64,000 bases of DNA from Chryseolinea sp. (GTDB taxonomy: Bacteria; Bacteroidota; Bacteroidia; Cytophagales; Cyclobacteriaceae): positions 6,261-70,260 of the forward strand of contig JBDTTT010000007.1 in NCBI GenBank assembly GCA_039930485.1, read 5' to 3'. The notes beneath the pieces are model-generated. The model was given only the letters and a program-made list of their open reading frames with translations, had not been told where the DNA came from and made no database searches. Every line of letters starts with the position of its first letter. Position 1 is the first letter of the stretch. Below are positions 1 to 9,310 of the stretch, one piece after another. A program made the position numbers and the translations under genes.

Positions 1-501
1 ATCGCAACATTATACAATATTAGCCCGGCAAAGATTGAGTTTGCTGTGCCAGGTCGTTATAGCACACAAGTGAGACCCGGACAAAAAATTCTATTTACCA
101 TTGAAAGCGATAATCAGGATTTCCAGGGTGAAGTATATGCCATCGAACCTCGTATTGATCCAACAACACGCACATTAAAAATTCGCGCCATTGCTGAAAA
201 TTCAAAGGGCCTTTTGTTACCCGGTCAGTTTGTGAAAGTAGGTTTGATCTTGTCTTCGGTCAGTAACGCGATACTGGTTCCTACTGAAGCAGTGATCCCA
301 GATCTTAACAACCACAAAGTTTTTGTTATAGAGGGAGGCAAGGCAAAAGAAGTGAAAGTAGAAACCGGTATGCGCACAGAAACAAAGCTTGAAATCACTT
401 CCGGATTAAAGCCAGGTGATTCACTTATTACAACAGGCATTCTTCAGCTTCGTGCGGGTATTGCTGTTCAGGTAACGAAAGTGAATAGTGTCGACAAATA
501 G
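1..501 (+). CDS. Efflux RND periplasmic adaptor (membrane fusion protein), C-terminal fragment truncated by the window edge
   Basis: The frame is open from base 1 (IATLYNISPAKIEFAVPGRY...). It has a beta-barrel / membrane-proximal-domain-like sequence and sits directly upstream of an RND pump and a TolC-like gene. Confidence 0.8.
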   Translation: MATLYNISPAKIEFAVPGRYSTQVRPGQKILFTIESDNQDFQGEVYAIEPRIDPTTRTLKIRAIAENSKGLLLPGQFVKVGLILSSVSNAILVPTEAVIPDLNNHKVFVIEGGKAKEVKVETGMRTETKLEITSGLKPGDSLITTGILQLRAGIAVQVTKVNSVDK

Positions 502-576
502 TGACAAGGAATAAGCTTGTAAAGCAAAATTTAAAGGGACGTAACGTAAATCATAATTTGTAAATTTTAAATCGGC

Positions 577-3500
577 ATGGCTAGTTTATCCACCATAAGT
601 ATTAACCGTCCGGTGCTGGCGATTGTAATGTCGCTAGTCATTATTCTTTTTGGCGTTATTGGATTTTCATTCTTGGGTGTGCGGGAATTCCCGAGCGTTG
701 ATCCTCCTATCATTACGGTTTCAACAAATTATGTTGGTGCCAATGCCGATGTTATCGAATCGCAAATTACTGAACCACTCGAAGAAGCGGTAAATGGTAT
801 TCCGGGTATTCGCGGAATTACCTCCACGAGTCGTGAAGGACGAAGCAACATTACGGTAGAATTTGAACTGGGTGTTGATCTGGAAACCGCAGCGAATGAT
901 GTGCGCGATAAAGTATCGGGTGCATTAAGCCGACTTCCTCCTGATGTTGATCCACCGGTTGTTGAAAAAGCGGATGCGGATTCAAGCCCGATTATTTTTA
1001 TGACCATTCAGAGTGATAAGCGTGATCCACTTGAGCTCTCGAAGTTTGCCGAGAATGTTTTTAAGGAAAGAATTCAAACTATACCGGGTGTAAGCTCCGT
1101 TGGAATTTGGGGACAGAAGCGCTACTCGATGCGCTTGTGGATGGACCCCATTAAACTCGCATCGCTTAAGCTTGCACCCTCCGATGTATTGCAAGCAGTG
1201 AATCGTGAAAACGTAGAGCTTCCTTCAGGTCGTGTTGAAGGACAAAGCACGGAACTTACCGTGCGCACTATGGGTAGGCTTAATACCGTGGAAGATTTTG
1301 ATAATCTTATTGTAAAAGAAGATGGCGATCAGGTAGTACGTTTCAAAGACATTGGTCATGCACAGCTCTATCCTGAAAATGATCGAACTATATTGCGAAG
1401 AGATGGTGTGCCTGGTGTTGCTATTGCTGTTGTTGCTCAACCGGGAGCAAACAACATTGACATATCGGAACGACTCAATAAAAAAATAGAACAGATCAAA
1501 CGCGATTTACCTGAAGACATTGAATATACGATGAGCTATGACTCAACAGAATATATTCGTGCCTCAATTTTTGAAGTCGAGGAAACGATCATCATTGCTT
1601 TTTGTTTAGTACTCTCTATTATCTTTCTTTTTTTGCGCGACTGGCGCACAACGATTATTCCAATTGCGACCATTCCGATTTCCCTTATCGGCTCCTTCTT
1701 TTTTATGTACCTCTTGGGGTTTACAATTAACGTACTTACACTTTTAGGAATTGTGTTGGCTATTGGTCTTGTTGTAGACGATGCTATTGTGGTATTGGAA
1801 AATATTTATGTAAAAATTGAAGAAGGTGAAGAACCCAAGGAAGCAGCACGAAAAGGTTCCATTGAAATTTATTTTGCCGTTATCTCCACAACGGTAGCGG
1901 TTATTGCCGTTTTCCTTCCGGTAATTTTTCTTCAAGGACTTACCGGGAGATTGTTTAGGGAATTCGGATTGGTGGTAGCGAGCGCAGTAGCGATTAGTGC
2001 ATTTGTATCGCTTACACTCACCCCAATGATGAGTGCCACTATTTTGAAGAGAAGAGAAAAACACAATTGGTTTTACAATAAGACGGAACCCTTCTTTGTA
2101 AAACTTACCGAAGGTTATTCAAAATCATTAGCGGGTTTTATGAAGATGCGCTGGATGGCCTTTGTCATCATTGCCTCTTCGGTTGGTTTGATTTATCTCT
2201 TTTTCATAATTCTTCCCTCCGAACTCACACCTATGGAAGATCGAAGTGAATTCAGATTGCAGGCACAAGCGCCTGAAGGAGCTACATTTGAATACATGGA
2301 TGGATATATAAAAGAGCTGACGGAATTCATCAACAAAGAAGTACCAGAACGTGCTGGCATGGTAAGCGTGACAGCCCCCGGCTCTGGTGGTTCAGCCGCT
2401 AACACGGGCTTTGTGCGTGTTATTCTGAAAGATCCGATCGACCGTACCAGAACTCAACAAGAAATTGTTGATGATGTTACTGGAAAAGTTCGCAAATACA
2501 GTGGTGTCAGAACGTCAATCACGCAGGCACAAACCATTGGTGATCGAAGAGGTGGATTTCCGGTTCAGTTTGTAATTCAAGCGCCGGAAATTGATAAACT
2601 GAAAAAAGTATTGCCAGAGTTTATGTTGAAGGTATCACAAAGTTCAAAGTTTGGCTTTGTAGATCTTGATTTAAAATTCAATAAACCGGAAATCAATATT
2701 TCAATCGATCGTGACAAAGCGAGAAACTTGGGCGTGAACATTATTGACATTTCGCAAACGCTTCAACTTGGTTTGAGTGGTGCGCGCTTCGGATATTTTA
2801 TTATGGACGGCAAGCAATATCAAATCATCGGACAAGTAGAACGTGCCGATCGTGACGAGCCGTTGGATTTGAAAACACTGTATGTAAAAAATAAGCGAGG
2901 TGAATTAATTCAACTCGATAATCTTGTTACCATGGAGGAGCAAAGCAGACCGCCACAACTGTATCGCTTCAATCGGTATTCATCGGCAAAGGTAGGAGCG
3001 CAGTTAGCAAAGGGTGTTGCGCTGGGTGAAGGGATAGAAGAAATGGAACGGATTGCTAACGAAGTGCTGGATGAAAGCTATACCACCAGTTTAGACGGAG
3101 CTTCGCGTGAGTTCACAGAAAGCTCTTCAAGTATTTACTTAGCGCTGGTAATTGCACTTGCCATTATTTATTTAATACTCGCGGGTCAGTTCGAAAGTTT
3201 TAAAGATCCACTCATCATTATGTTTACCGTGCCACTCGCTGTAGCAGGTGCACTATTGTCTCTGTGGTACTTCGATCAAACATTAAATATTTTCAGTAAG
3301 ATCGGTATTATCATGTTGATTGGATTGGTAACAAAGAATGGAATTCTCATTGTTGAGTTTGCTAACCAGCGTAAGGAACAAGGTCTAAAAGTAATGGATG
3401 CTGTAATTGGCGCTGCGGAGTCACGCTTCCGCCCGATTATTATGACGAGTCTTGCAACGATGCTGGGTATTTTACCTATTGCGTTAGCACTTGGAGCCGG

Positions 3501-3633
3501 ATCAGAAAGCCGGGTATCGATGGGTATTGCTGTAATCGGAGGAATGGCTTTTGCAACAGTGCTTACACTTTTTGTAATCCCTGTCATCTATTCTTACTTC
3601 AGCGGAAAAGAAGGTAGAGTTCATATTGATTAA
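577..3633 (+). CDS. Efflux RND transporter permease (AcrB/HAE1-like), 1018 aa
   Basis: N-terminus SINRPVLAIVMSLVIILFG..REFPSVDPPIITV. It shows a 12-TM layout with two large periplasmic loops, and length and motifs typical of AcrB/CzcA-type pumps. Confidence 0.95.
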   Translation: MASLSTISINRPVLAIVMSLVIILFGVIGFSFLGVREFPSVDPPIITVSTNYVGANADVIESQITEPLEEAVNGIPGIRGITSTSREGRSNITVEFELGVDLETAANDVRDKVSGALSRLPPDVDPPVVEKADADSSPIIFMTIQSDKRDPLELSKFAENVFKERIQTIPGVSSVGIWGQKRYSMRLWMDPIKLASLKLAPSDVLQAVNRENVELPSGRVEGQSTELTVRTMGRLNTVEDFDNLIVKEDGDQVVRFKDIGHAQLYPENDRTILRRDGVPGVAIAVVAQPGANNIDISERLNKKIEQIKRDLPEDIEYTMSYDSTEYIRASIFEVEETIIIAFCLVLSIIFLFLRDWRTTIIPIATIPISLIGSFFFMYLLGFTINVLTLLGIVLAIGLVVDDAIVVLENIYVKIEEGEEPKEAARKGSIEIYFAVISTTVAVIAVFLPVIFLQGLTGRLFREFGLVVASAVAISAFVSLTLTPMMSATILKRREKHNWFYNKTEPFFVKLTEGYSKSLAGFMKMRWMAFVIIASSVGLIYLFFIILPSELTPMEDRSEFRLQAQAPEGATFEYMDGYIKELTEFINKEVPERAGMVSVTAPGSGGSAANTGFVRVILKDPIDRTRTQQEIVDDVTGKVRKYSGVRTSITQAQTIGDRRGGFPVQFVIQAPEIDKLKKVLPEFMLKVSQSSKFGFVDLDLKFNKPEINISIDRDKARNLGVNIIDISQTLQLGLSGARFGYFIMDGKQYQIIGQVERADRDEPLDLKTLYVKNKRGELIQLDNLVTMEEQSRPPQLYRFNRYSSAKVGAQLAKGVALGEGIEEMERIANEVLDESYTTSLDGASREFTESSSSIYLALVIALAIIYLILAGQFESFKDPLIIMFTVPLAVAGALLSLWYFDQTLNIFSKIGIIMLIGLVTKNGILIVEFANQRKEQGLKVMDAVIGAAESRFRPIIMTSLATMLGILPIALALGAGSESRVSMGIAVIGGMAFATVLTLFVIPVIYSYFSGKEGRVHID

Positions 3634-3664
3634 GCATATTTTTCACATACCGATTTTTAGTTGA

Positions 3665-5107
3665 ATGAAATATCACACAAGGTTTGATAAAGGAAGTATG
3701 ACAAGAGTTTTAGTATTTGTTTTTTTTGCACTGTTATCGCAAGCTGCATTTTCACAGGAAACATTAACGTTAGCGCGAGCTATTGAACTGGGCCTTAAAA
3801 ACAATTTCGATATTCAGATTACAAAACAGAATATTGATATCGCAACCAATAATAATAACTGGGGTCAGGCCGGTCGATATCCAACCATCAACTTAAGTCT
3901 GAATCAAACCAACAATATTATTGTACGAAAACCAGCCAACCCTTTCGCGGTTGCGGGCCAAAACATAAATGACAACCTGGTGGGTCAGCTCGATATTCAA
4001 TTTACATTGTTTCGTGGTTTTGCAATAACGGTAACAAAGGACCAGCTGGAACGATTAGAAGAAATCAGTCAGGGAAATTCTACTTTTGTAATGGAGACTA
4101 CGCTGCAGAGTATTATTCTGGCATATTATCAAGCGCTCCTGGATAAGGAAAATTTAAATGTGCTGCGCATCAATCGTTCATTTTCAAAAGAAAGGTATGA
4201 GTTTGTTCGCTTGCGTAAATCACTTGGAGGTGCAATTACCTTCGATGTATTACAAGAGCAAAATAATTACCTCACTGATTCGGCTAATGTATTGCAACAA
4301 GAAATCAAGTATACAAATACTCTGCGCAGCCTTAACTTACTACTAAGTGATGACATCAATCGTTCGTATGTATTAGCTGATTCACTTCACTTTGTAGATG
4401 AAGCGTTTGTGTATGATGATTTAAGATCACGCATGGAACGATCGAATACGAACTTGCACAATCAATTTGTCAATCAGGAAATTTTACGCAACAACACCCG
4501 ATTGCAGCAATCCAATTTATATCCTTCCCTTGTTCTAAATGCCGGAGCAAACGGAAGTCTCGATCAATTAAATGCCGACTTCCGTTCAACAACTGTAGTG
4601 GGTCCTCTAACGAATACAGTGGGGTATGTAGGTGGAGATACAAATCAGCCAGTCTATAATTATCAATCTGTTTCTACTAACCAAACTCTTGTCGGAAATT
4701 CATACGGTACTTATGCTAACCTTAGCCTTCGCTGGACTTTGTTTAATGGCGGACAAATAAGACGGTCGGTTGAGAATGCCAAGATTAACGAGAAGATTGG
4801 TTTGCTTTCGATTGATCAGTTAAAACTTTCGTTGGAATATGATTTACTTTCAACATTTGATTTATACAATCTTCGCAGACAACTCGTTGCTATCACTGTT
4901 GAAAAAATGAAAGCAGCTCAATTAAATTTAACGTTGGCAAATGAGCGTTATAAAAATGGAGCACTTAGCGCCATCGACTTGCGTATCGTTCAGGAAAATT
5001 ATCGAAATGCTGCTCTTGAAAAATATTTAGCGCTTTACAGTGTGTTAGCAGCCCAAGCCAATCTCATTCGCCTGACGGGTGGTATGTTGGAACGGTCTAC
5101 TGACTAA
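3665..5107 (+). CDS. TolC-family outer membrane efflux protein
   Basis: It has a signal peptide (VLVFVFFALLSQAAFSQE) and the LTLARAIELGLKNNFDIQ motif typical of OEP/TolC repeats. It is the third gene of the MFP-RND-OMP operon. The true start may be the internal Met at 3698. Confidence 0.85.
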   Translation: MKYHTRFDKGSMTRVLVFVFFALLSQAAFSQETLTLARAIELGLKNNFDIQITKQNIDIATNNNNWGQAGRYPTINLSLNQTNNIIVRKPANPFAVAGQNINDNLVGQLDIQFTLFRGFAITVTKDQLERLEEISQGNSTFVMETTLQSIILAYYQALLDKENLNVLRINRSFSKERYEFVRLRKSLGGAITFDVLQEQNNYLTDSANVLQQEIKYTNTLRSLNLLLSDDINRSYVLADSLHFVDEAFVYDDLRSRMERSNTNLHNQFVNQEILRNNTRLQQSNLYPSLVLNAGANGSLDQLNADFRSTTVVGPLTNTVGYVGGDTNQPVYNYQSVSTNQTLVGNSYGTYANLSLRWTLFNGGQIRRSVENAKINEKIGLLSIDQLKLSLEYDLLSTFDLYNLRRQLVAITVEKMKAAQLNLTLANERYKNGALSAIDLRIVQENYRNAALEKYLALYSVLAAQANLIRLTGGMLERSTD

Positions 5108-5125
5108 GATCAATACCGGAAGGCC

Positions 5126-5845
5126 ATGACCATCAAACAATATCCTGATTACTCAACGCTATCCCGCGCAACAGCCGACTTAATTGTAGAATACATTAGC
5201 GCTAAGAAAGATTCAATTATTTGTTTAGCATCAGGTCATACACCCCGTGGCGTGTTTGAATGTTTAGTGGATGATGTGAAATCAAATCGTCTTGATATAC
5301 GTAAATGTATTTTTGTTAGTCTGGATGAATGGATTGGTGTAGCGGCATCTCAAAAAGGATCGTGTCGTGAAATGATGGATGTTGATTTTTTTTATCCGCT
5401 TCAAATACCTTCATCACAAATTAAATTCTTTGATGGTTTGACTGATGATCTTGAATTGCAGGTAAGGAATATGAATGCTTTCATTGAATCAAACGGTGGT
5501 CTGGATATTATGTTAGTAGGTATTGGCACCAACGGTCACATTGCTATGAATGAGCCTGGCACATCCTTTAACATCGATGCACACATCAGCACATTAGCAG
5601 AGGAAACAAAAACTGTTGGACAGAAATATTTTCCGGGATCAACCATTTTGGACAAAGGGATTACATTAGGATTAAAACATTTTCGAGAAGCAAAGCTGCC
5701 TATACTGATGGCGAATGGAGAAAAGAAAACGGCCATCATGAAGCAAACACTTTCATCGCCAGCAAGTGAAGCTTTACCCTCCAGTGTTGTTCATCTAATT
5801 CCACAAGGCTATATAATGGTGGACAATTTAGCAGCGGGTAAGTGA
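5126..5845 (+). CDS. Glucosamine-6-phosphate deaminase / 6-phosphogluconolactonase family protein
   Basis: The motifs LASGHTPRGVFE, VSLDEWIGV and LVGIGTNGHIAMNEPG are characteristic of the NagB/Pgl fold family. Confidence 0.8.
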   Translation: MTIKQYPDYSTLSRATADLIVEYISAKKDSIICLASGHTPRGVFECLVDDVKSNRLDIRKCIFVSLDEWIGVAASQKGSCREMMDVDFFYPLQIPSSQIKFFDGLTDDLELQVRNMNAFIESNGGLDIMLVGIGTNGHIAMNEPGTSFNIDAHISTLAEETKTVGQKYFPGSTILDKGITLGLKHFREAKLPILMANGEKKTAIMKQTLSSPASEALPSSVVHLIPQGYIMVDNLAAGK

Positions 5846-5971
5846 GGTAATAATCTTTTATGGAAGATCAATTAGTGATCGTGTCTAATCGGTAGACCGG
5901 CATCTATTGCAAATGCCGCAACTTTGGCGTAGTATTAATTGCATTTATTGAAAACCCTAGCCCAATTGTAA

Positions 5972-6928
5972 ATGACCAGCTCAGACAGCATACAAAGTGC
6001 TTTTTTGGAAGAGGTAAAAAAAAGATTACCCGCCAATCTTTCGTTTGTTGATGAACTGGCGGAAATTCTCAGTATTAGCCGCGACAGTGCCTACCGTAGA
6101 ATTAGGGGTGAGACAGTGCTATCGTTGGATGAGGCAAAAAAATTATGCGGACGCTATGGCGTTTCGGTCGATTCATTATTCACCCCTACATCGAACATGG
6201 TTCCCTTTATGGACCGGTCTCCTTCAGCCAACTATACGCTTGATCAATGGCTGACTTCTATTTTTAAGAATGTTGAAATGCTGACTGAAATTACCTATGC
6301 AGCGAAAGACATTCCTATCTTTCACTATTTGCGCCATCCGGAGCTTGCTGCTTTTAAAATGTTTTTCTGGCAGAAGACCATTATTGAAAATGCCGAATTC
6401 AAAACGCTGGCTTTTGAACGAGATACAATAAGTAAAGAAATGATTCAGTTGGGCAATAGGATATGGACTCGTTACGCAGCCATTCCTAGCGTTGAAATAT
6501 GGGCGATTGAAGCCATCAATAATACATTGAAACAAATAGAATTCTATCAAGAGTGCAGCTTTTTTGCTAATCCAAAACAAGCCACTCAGTTGTGTGATTA
6601 CCTTATTGAGTTGATGCGTACCGTGCAAGCAGAGGCAGCAAATGCTAAAAAATTGGACGGCAGTACTTTCAATTTATATCAGAATGAAATATTGATGTCG
6701 GATAATACCATTGCTGCGCGATCTGGCGATAAGCGATTGGCCTATATAAATTATAATACCATTAGCCTACTGATTACACAGCACGAATTGTTTTGCGAAA
6801 AAACAGAACAGTATTTATACAGCCTTATCAAACACTCCACATTAATAAGTGGAACGGCCGAAAAAGAACGGATCAAGTTCTTTACTAAAATGACAAATAG
6901 AATTGAGGATTTTAAGAAGACACTGTAG
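5972..6928 (+). CDS. Helix-turn-helix domain protein (putative transcriptional regulator) with an uncharacterised C-terminal domain
   Basis: The N-terminal segment LAEILSISRDSAYRRIRGETVLSLDEAKKLCGRYGVSVDSLF looks like an XRE-type HTH. I do not recognise the remaining ~250 aa. Confidence 0.5.
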   Translation: MTSSDSIQSAFLEEVKKRLPANLSFVDELAEILSISRDSAYRRIRGETVLSLDEAKKLCGRYGVSVDSLFTPTSNMVPFMDRSPSANYTLDQWLTSIFKNVEMLTEITYAAKDIPIFHYLRHPELAAFKMFFWQKTIIENAEFKTLAFERDTISKEMIQLGNRIWTRYAAIPSVEIWAIEAINNTLKQIEFYQECSFFANPKQATQLCDYLIELMRTVQAEAANAKKLDGSTFNLYQNEILMSDNTIAARSGDKRLAYINYNTISLLITQHELFCEKTEQYLYSLIKHSTLISGTAEKERIKFFTKMTNRIEDFKKTL

Positions 6929-6993
6929 TTGTAGCTAACTAATCTGTTTTTGGTAATCAGTGATCAGTTTAACCGAATACCGATTACCATTTT

Positions 6994-7548
6994 CTAAACG
7001 GTCATAATCTCCACCTCTTTTTTCTTCAGAAGTGTATCAATGCGATTCATGAAATCGTCCGTCATTTTTTGAACAGTGGCTTCGGCATTTTTTATATCAT
7101 CTTCTGAAGCACCTTTGATTTTCTTTAATTGTTCGTTTATTTCTTTGCGAATGTTACGGATGCTGATGCGGCCTTGCTCACCTTCTTGATTCGCCTGCTT
7201 CACTAACTGCTTCCTTCTTTCTTCTGTTAACATTGGGATGTTAATGATGATTTGTTGACCATCGTTTTGTGGATTGAGTCCCAGGTTCGCATTAATGATG
7301 GTGCGCTCAATTTCACTAATAATATTTTTTTCCCAGGGTTTGATAAAGAGAGTTCGGGCATCAGGTGCCGTTATCGATGATACTTGTTGCAACGGACTCA
7401 TGGCACCATAATAGGATACCAGCAGACCATCTAACATGGATGGATTTGCTTTTCCAGCTCTGATTTTGGTAAGCTCATGTCCTAGATGGTTGATCCCCTT
7501 GGTCATTAATTCGTTGGCTTCGTCAAGGTATAGTTCAATTTCTTCCAT
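6994..7548 (-). CDS. frr: Ribosome recycling factor
   Basis: 184 aa; RAGKANPSMLD, ITAPDARTL, INIPMLTEERRKQLVK and RNIRK are canonical Frr motifs. It is adjacent to pyrH, as in most bacteria. Confidence 0.95.
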   Translation of the reverse strand: MEEIELYLDEANELMTKGINHLGHELTKIRAGKANPSMLDGLLVSYYGAMSPLQQVSSITAPDARTLFIKPWEKNIISEIERTIINANLGLNPQNDGQQIIINIPMLTEERRKQLVKQANQEGEQGRISIRNIRKEINEQLKKIKGASEDDIKNAEATVQKMTDDFMNRIDTLLKKKEVEIMTV

Positions 7549-7574
7549 AGAATAATTTTAGATTTATGATCTAG

Positions 7575-7619
7575 GATTTGTGATTTTTAAGACGCTAACG
7601 AAATCTGAAATCACAAATC
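7575..7619. repeat. Intergenic hairpin (12-bp perfect stem, 21-nt loop) between pyrH and frr
   Basis: gatttgtgattt (7575-7586) is the exact reverse complement of aaatcacaaatc (7608-7619). No clear U-tract follows on the minus strand, so a terminator role is uncertain. Confidence 0.35.
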
Positions 7620-7631
7620 TAAATTCTCAAA

Positions 7632-8339
7632 TTAACTTATCAGCGTGCCGGCTGTCTCTCCATTCGCTACTTTCAACAAGTTTCCTTTCTTGTTCATGTC
7701 GAAAACAATAATCGGAAGTTTGTTTTCCTGGCAAAGAGTAAAGGCGGTCATGTCCATGATGTTCAGATTTTTCTCATACGCTTCCTGAAAAGAAAGAGTA
7801 GTGTATCGAACAGCATCTGGAAATTTCTCCGGGTCTTTCGTATATACACCGTCTACACGAGTCCCTTTTAATACGATGTCGGCTTGCACTTCTATGGCGC
7901 GAAGACTGGCGGTAGAATCCGTAGTGAAATAAGGATTACCAATGCCTGCTCCAAAGATTACAATTCTTCCTTTTTCTAAGTGACGGATGGCTCTGCGTCT
8001 GATGAAGGGTTCGCAAACTTGTTCCATTTTTATACCGGCCATCAACCGTGTGTAAACTCCATGGCGCTCAAGCGCACCTTGCAAGGCCATCGCATTAATA
8101 ACCGTTGCCAACATTCCCATATAATCACCCTGAACCCGGTCGATACCAAGCGCTTCTGCTTGCCCACCGCGGAAAATATTTCCACCACCAATAACAATGG
8201 CCAGTTCAACACCTTGTTCTTTTACTGCTTTTATTTCCTCACAATATTGATCCAATACATTCGGATCGATATTGGTGGTCTTGGATGAACCTTGTAGCGA
8301 CTCACCGCTAAGCTTGAGAACAATGCGTTTGTATTTCAT
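7632..8339 (-). CDS. pyrH: UMP kinase
   Basis: 235 aa; the motifs [20 protein letters not shown] and [12 protein letters not shown] are typical of the PyrH amino-acid kinase family. Confidence 0.95.
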   Translation of the reverse strand: MKYKRIVLKLSGESLQGSSKTTNIDPNVLDQYCEEIKAVKEQGVELAIVIGGGNIFRGGQAEALGIDRVQGDYMGMLATVINAMALQGALERHGVYTRLMAGIKMEQVCEPFIRRRAIRHLEKGRIVIFGAGIGNPYFTTDSTASLRAIEVQADIVLKGTRVDGVYTKDPEKFPDAVRYTTLSFQEAYEKNLNIMDMTAFTLCQENKLPIIVFDMNKKGNLLKVANGETAGTLIS

Positions 8340-8537
8340 GTGTTAGTTATTCTTTTTAAATGGGCACATGTAATGGTCAGGCGTAAGTTCATGCCTTAGC
8401 TCCAAGATTACACGTGACCATTTCATCAGTAAAGGTTAAAATCCAGCAAATATGCCCACTATTTTTTCAGGATTCAAGGTTTTTGACGAAGCAAAGATGC
8501 GTTAATGGATTTTTTTTATTCCTCAGGATGATAAAAT

Positions 8538-9032
8538 TTAGAATTCAATCAGCACCTGACTTTTTTCCACGCTATCTCCCTTCTTTACCTTCACCGATTT
8601 CACAATTCCTTCACCCGGTGATTTAATGATGTTCTCCATCTTCATGGCTTCGAGAATCAATAGCACATCATTTACTTTTACAACATCACCTTCTTTTACT
8701 TTCAAGTCAATGATAAGACCAGGCATGGGAGCCTTGATATTATTTACTTTGCTTGCTGCCTGCGAATTCATTCCCATTTTTTCGAGCAGCAAATCAAATT
8801 TGTCTTTCAGTTCAACCGGATATGTTTTTCCATTAATTTTAATGACACATGTTTTAGTGGCTGCATCTACCTTCACCACTTCTGCGCGATAACTTTCCTG
8901 TTGATGAAGGATATGAAAATGCCCATCTGAAATTTTTGACAGATCCCATTGAAACATTTCCCCGTTGACCATGAAGTCATCCGACTGTTGCTCAATCTCA
9001 AACGACTTGCTATTTACGATCGCTTTATACAT
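8538..9032 (-). CDS. Biotin/lipoyl-attachment domain protein (biotin carboxyl carrier-like)
   Basis: The C-terminal ILEAMKMEN biotinylation motif lies within a biotinyl-domain-like sequence (APMPGLIIDLKVKEGDVV...). Confidence 0.85.
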   Translation of the reverse strand: MYKAIVNSKSFEIEQQSDDFMVNGEMFQWDLSKISDGHFHILHQQESYRAEVVKVDAATKTCVIKINGKTYPVELKDKFDLLLEKMGMNSQAASKVNNIKAPMPGLIIDLKVKEGDVVKVNDVLLILEAMKMENIIKSPGEGIVKSVKVKKGDSVEKSQVLIEF

Positions 9033-9164
9033 GCTTCAAAAATAGAGTATCTGTGTGGAATGTAATGGGTTAGAGGTTAAAAGTTATATGATATTGTGTG
9101 ACTGAGATTGACCATCAACTGCGAATTTTGACTTCATTAAAAAATAACCACTACATTTGCGCTG

Positions 9165-9250
9165 TCGAAAGACAAAGGGGTGCCAAATATAACGGGCTGA
9201 GATTATACCCATAGAACCTGATGCCGGTAATGCGGACGAAGGGAGGCAAG
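9165..9250 (+). promoter_or_regulatory. TPP (THI-box) riboswitch
   Basis: GGGGUGCC (9177-9184), CUGAGA (9197-9202), ACCC (9207-9210) and AACCUGAUGCCGGUAAUGCGGACGAAGGGA (9215-9244) match the conserved THI-box core in order and spacing. The element lies about 60 nt upstream of the TonB receptor start. Confidence 0.85.
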
Positions 9251-9310
9251 TAAACACGTAAGTAAGGTACATTCCCCGATGTGCCTGCGGGTTTAAACTT
9301 TTTAAAAACA

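Noticed and set aside
729-3587. Numerous 60-110 aa antisense ORFs inside the RND pump gene, with similar ones inside ppc, the permeases, the HEAT protein and others
   Set aside because: They are fully nested opposite long, well-supported genes, and I recognise no motifs in them. This is the expected by-product of long ORFs on the other strand.
5846-5971. Possible small RNA or tRNA in the 126-nt gap containing a cggcat...atgccg stem
   Set aside because: There is only a 6-bp stem and no cloverleaf or conserved tRNA boxes. Evidence is insufficient.
8340-8537. Imperfect 12-bp inverted repeat (atgtaatggtca / tgaccatttcat) upstream of pyrH as a structured leader RNA
   Set aside because: It has one mismatch, a loop of about 40 nt, and no recognisable riboswitch or leader consensus. 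It could simply be the terminator or promoter region between the biotin-carrier gene and pyrH.
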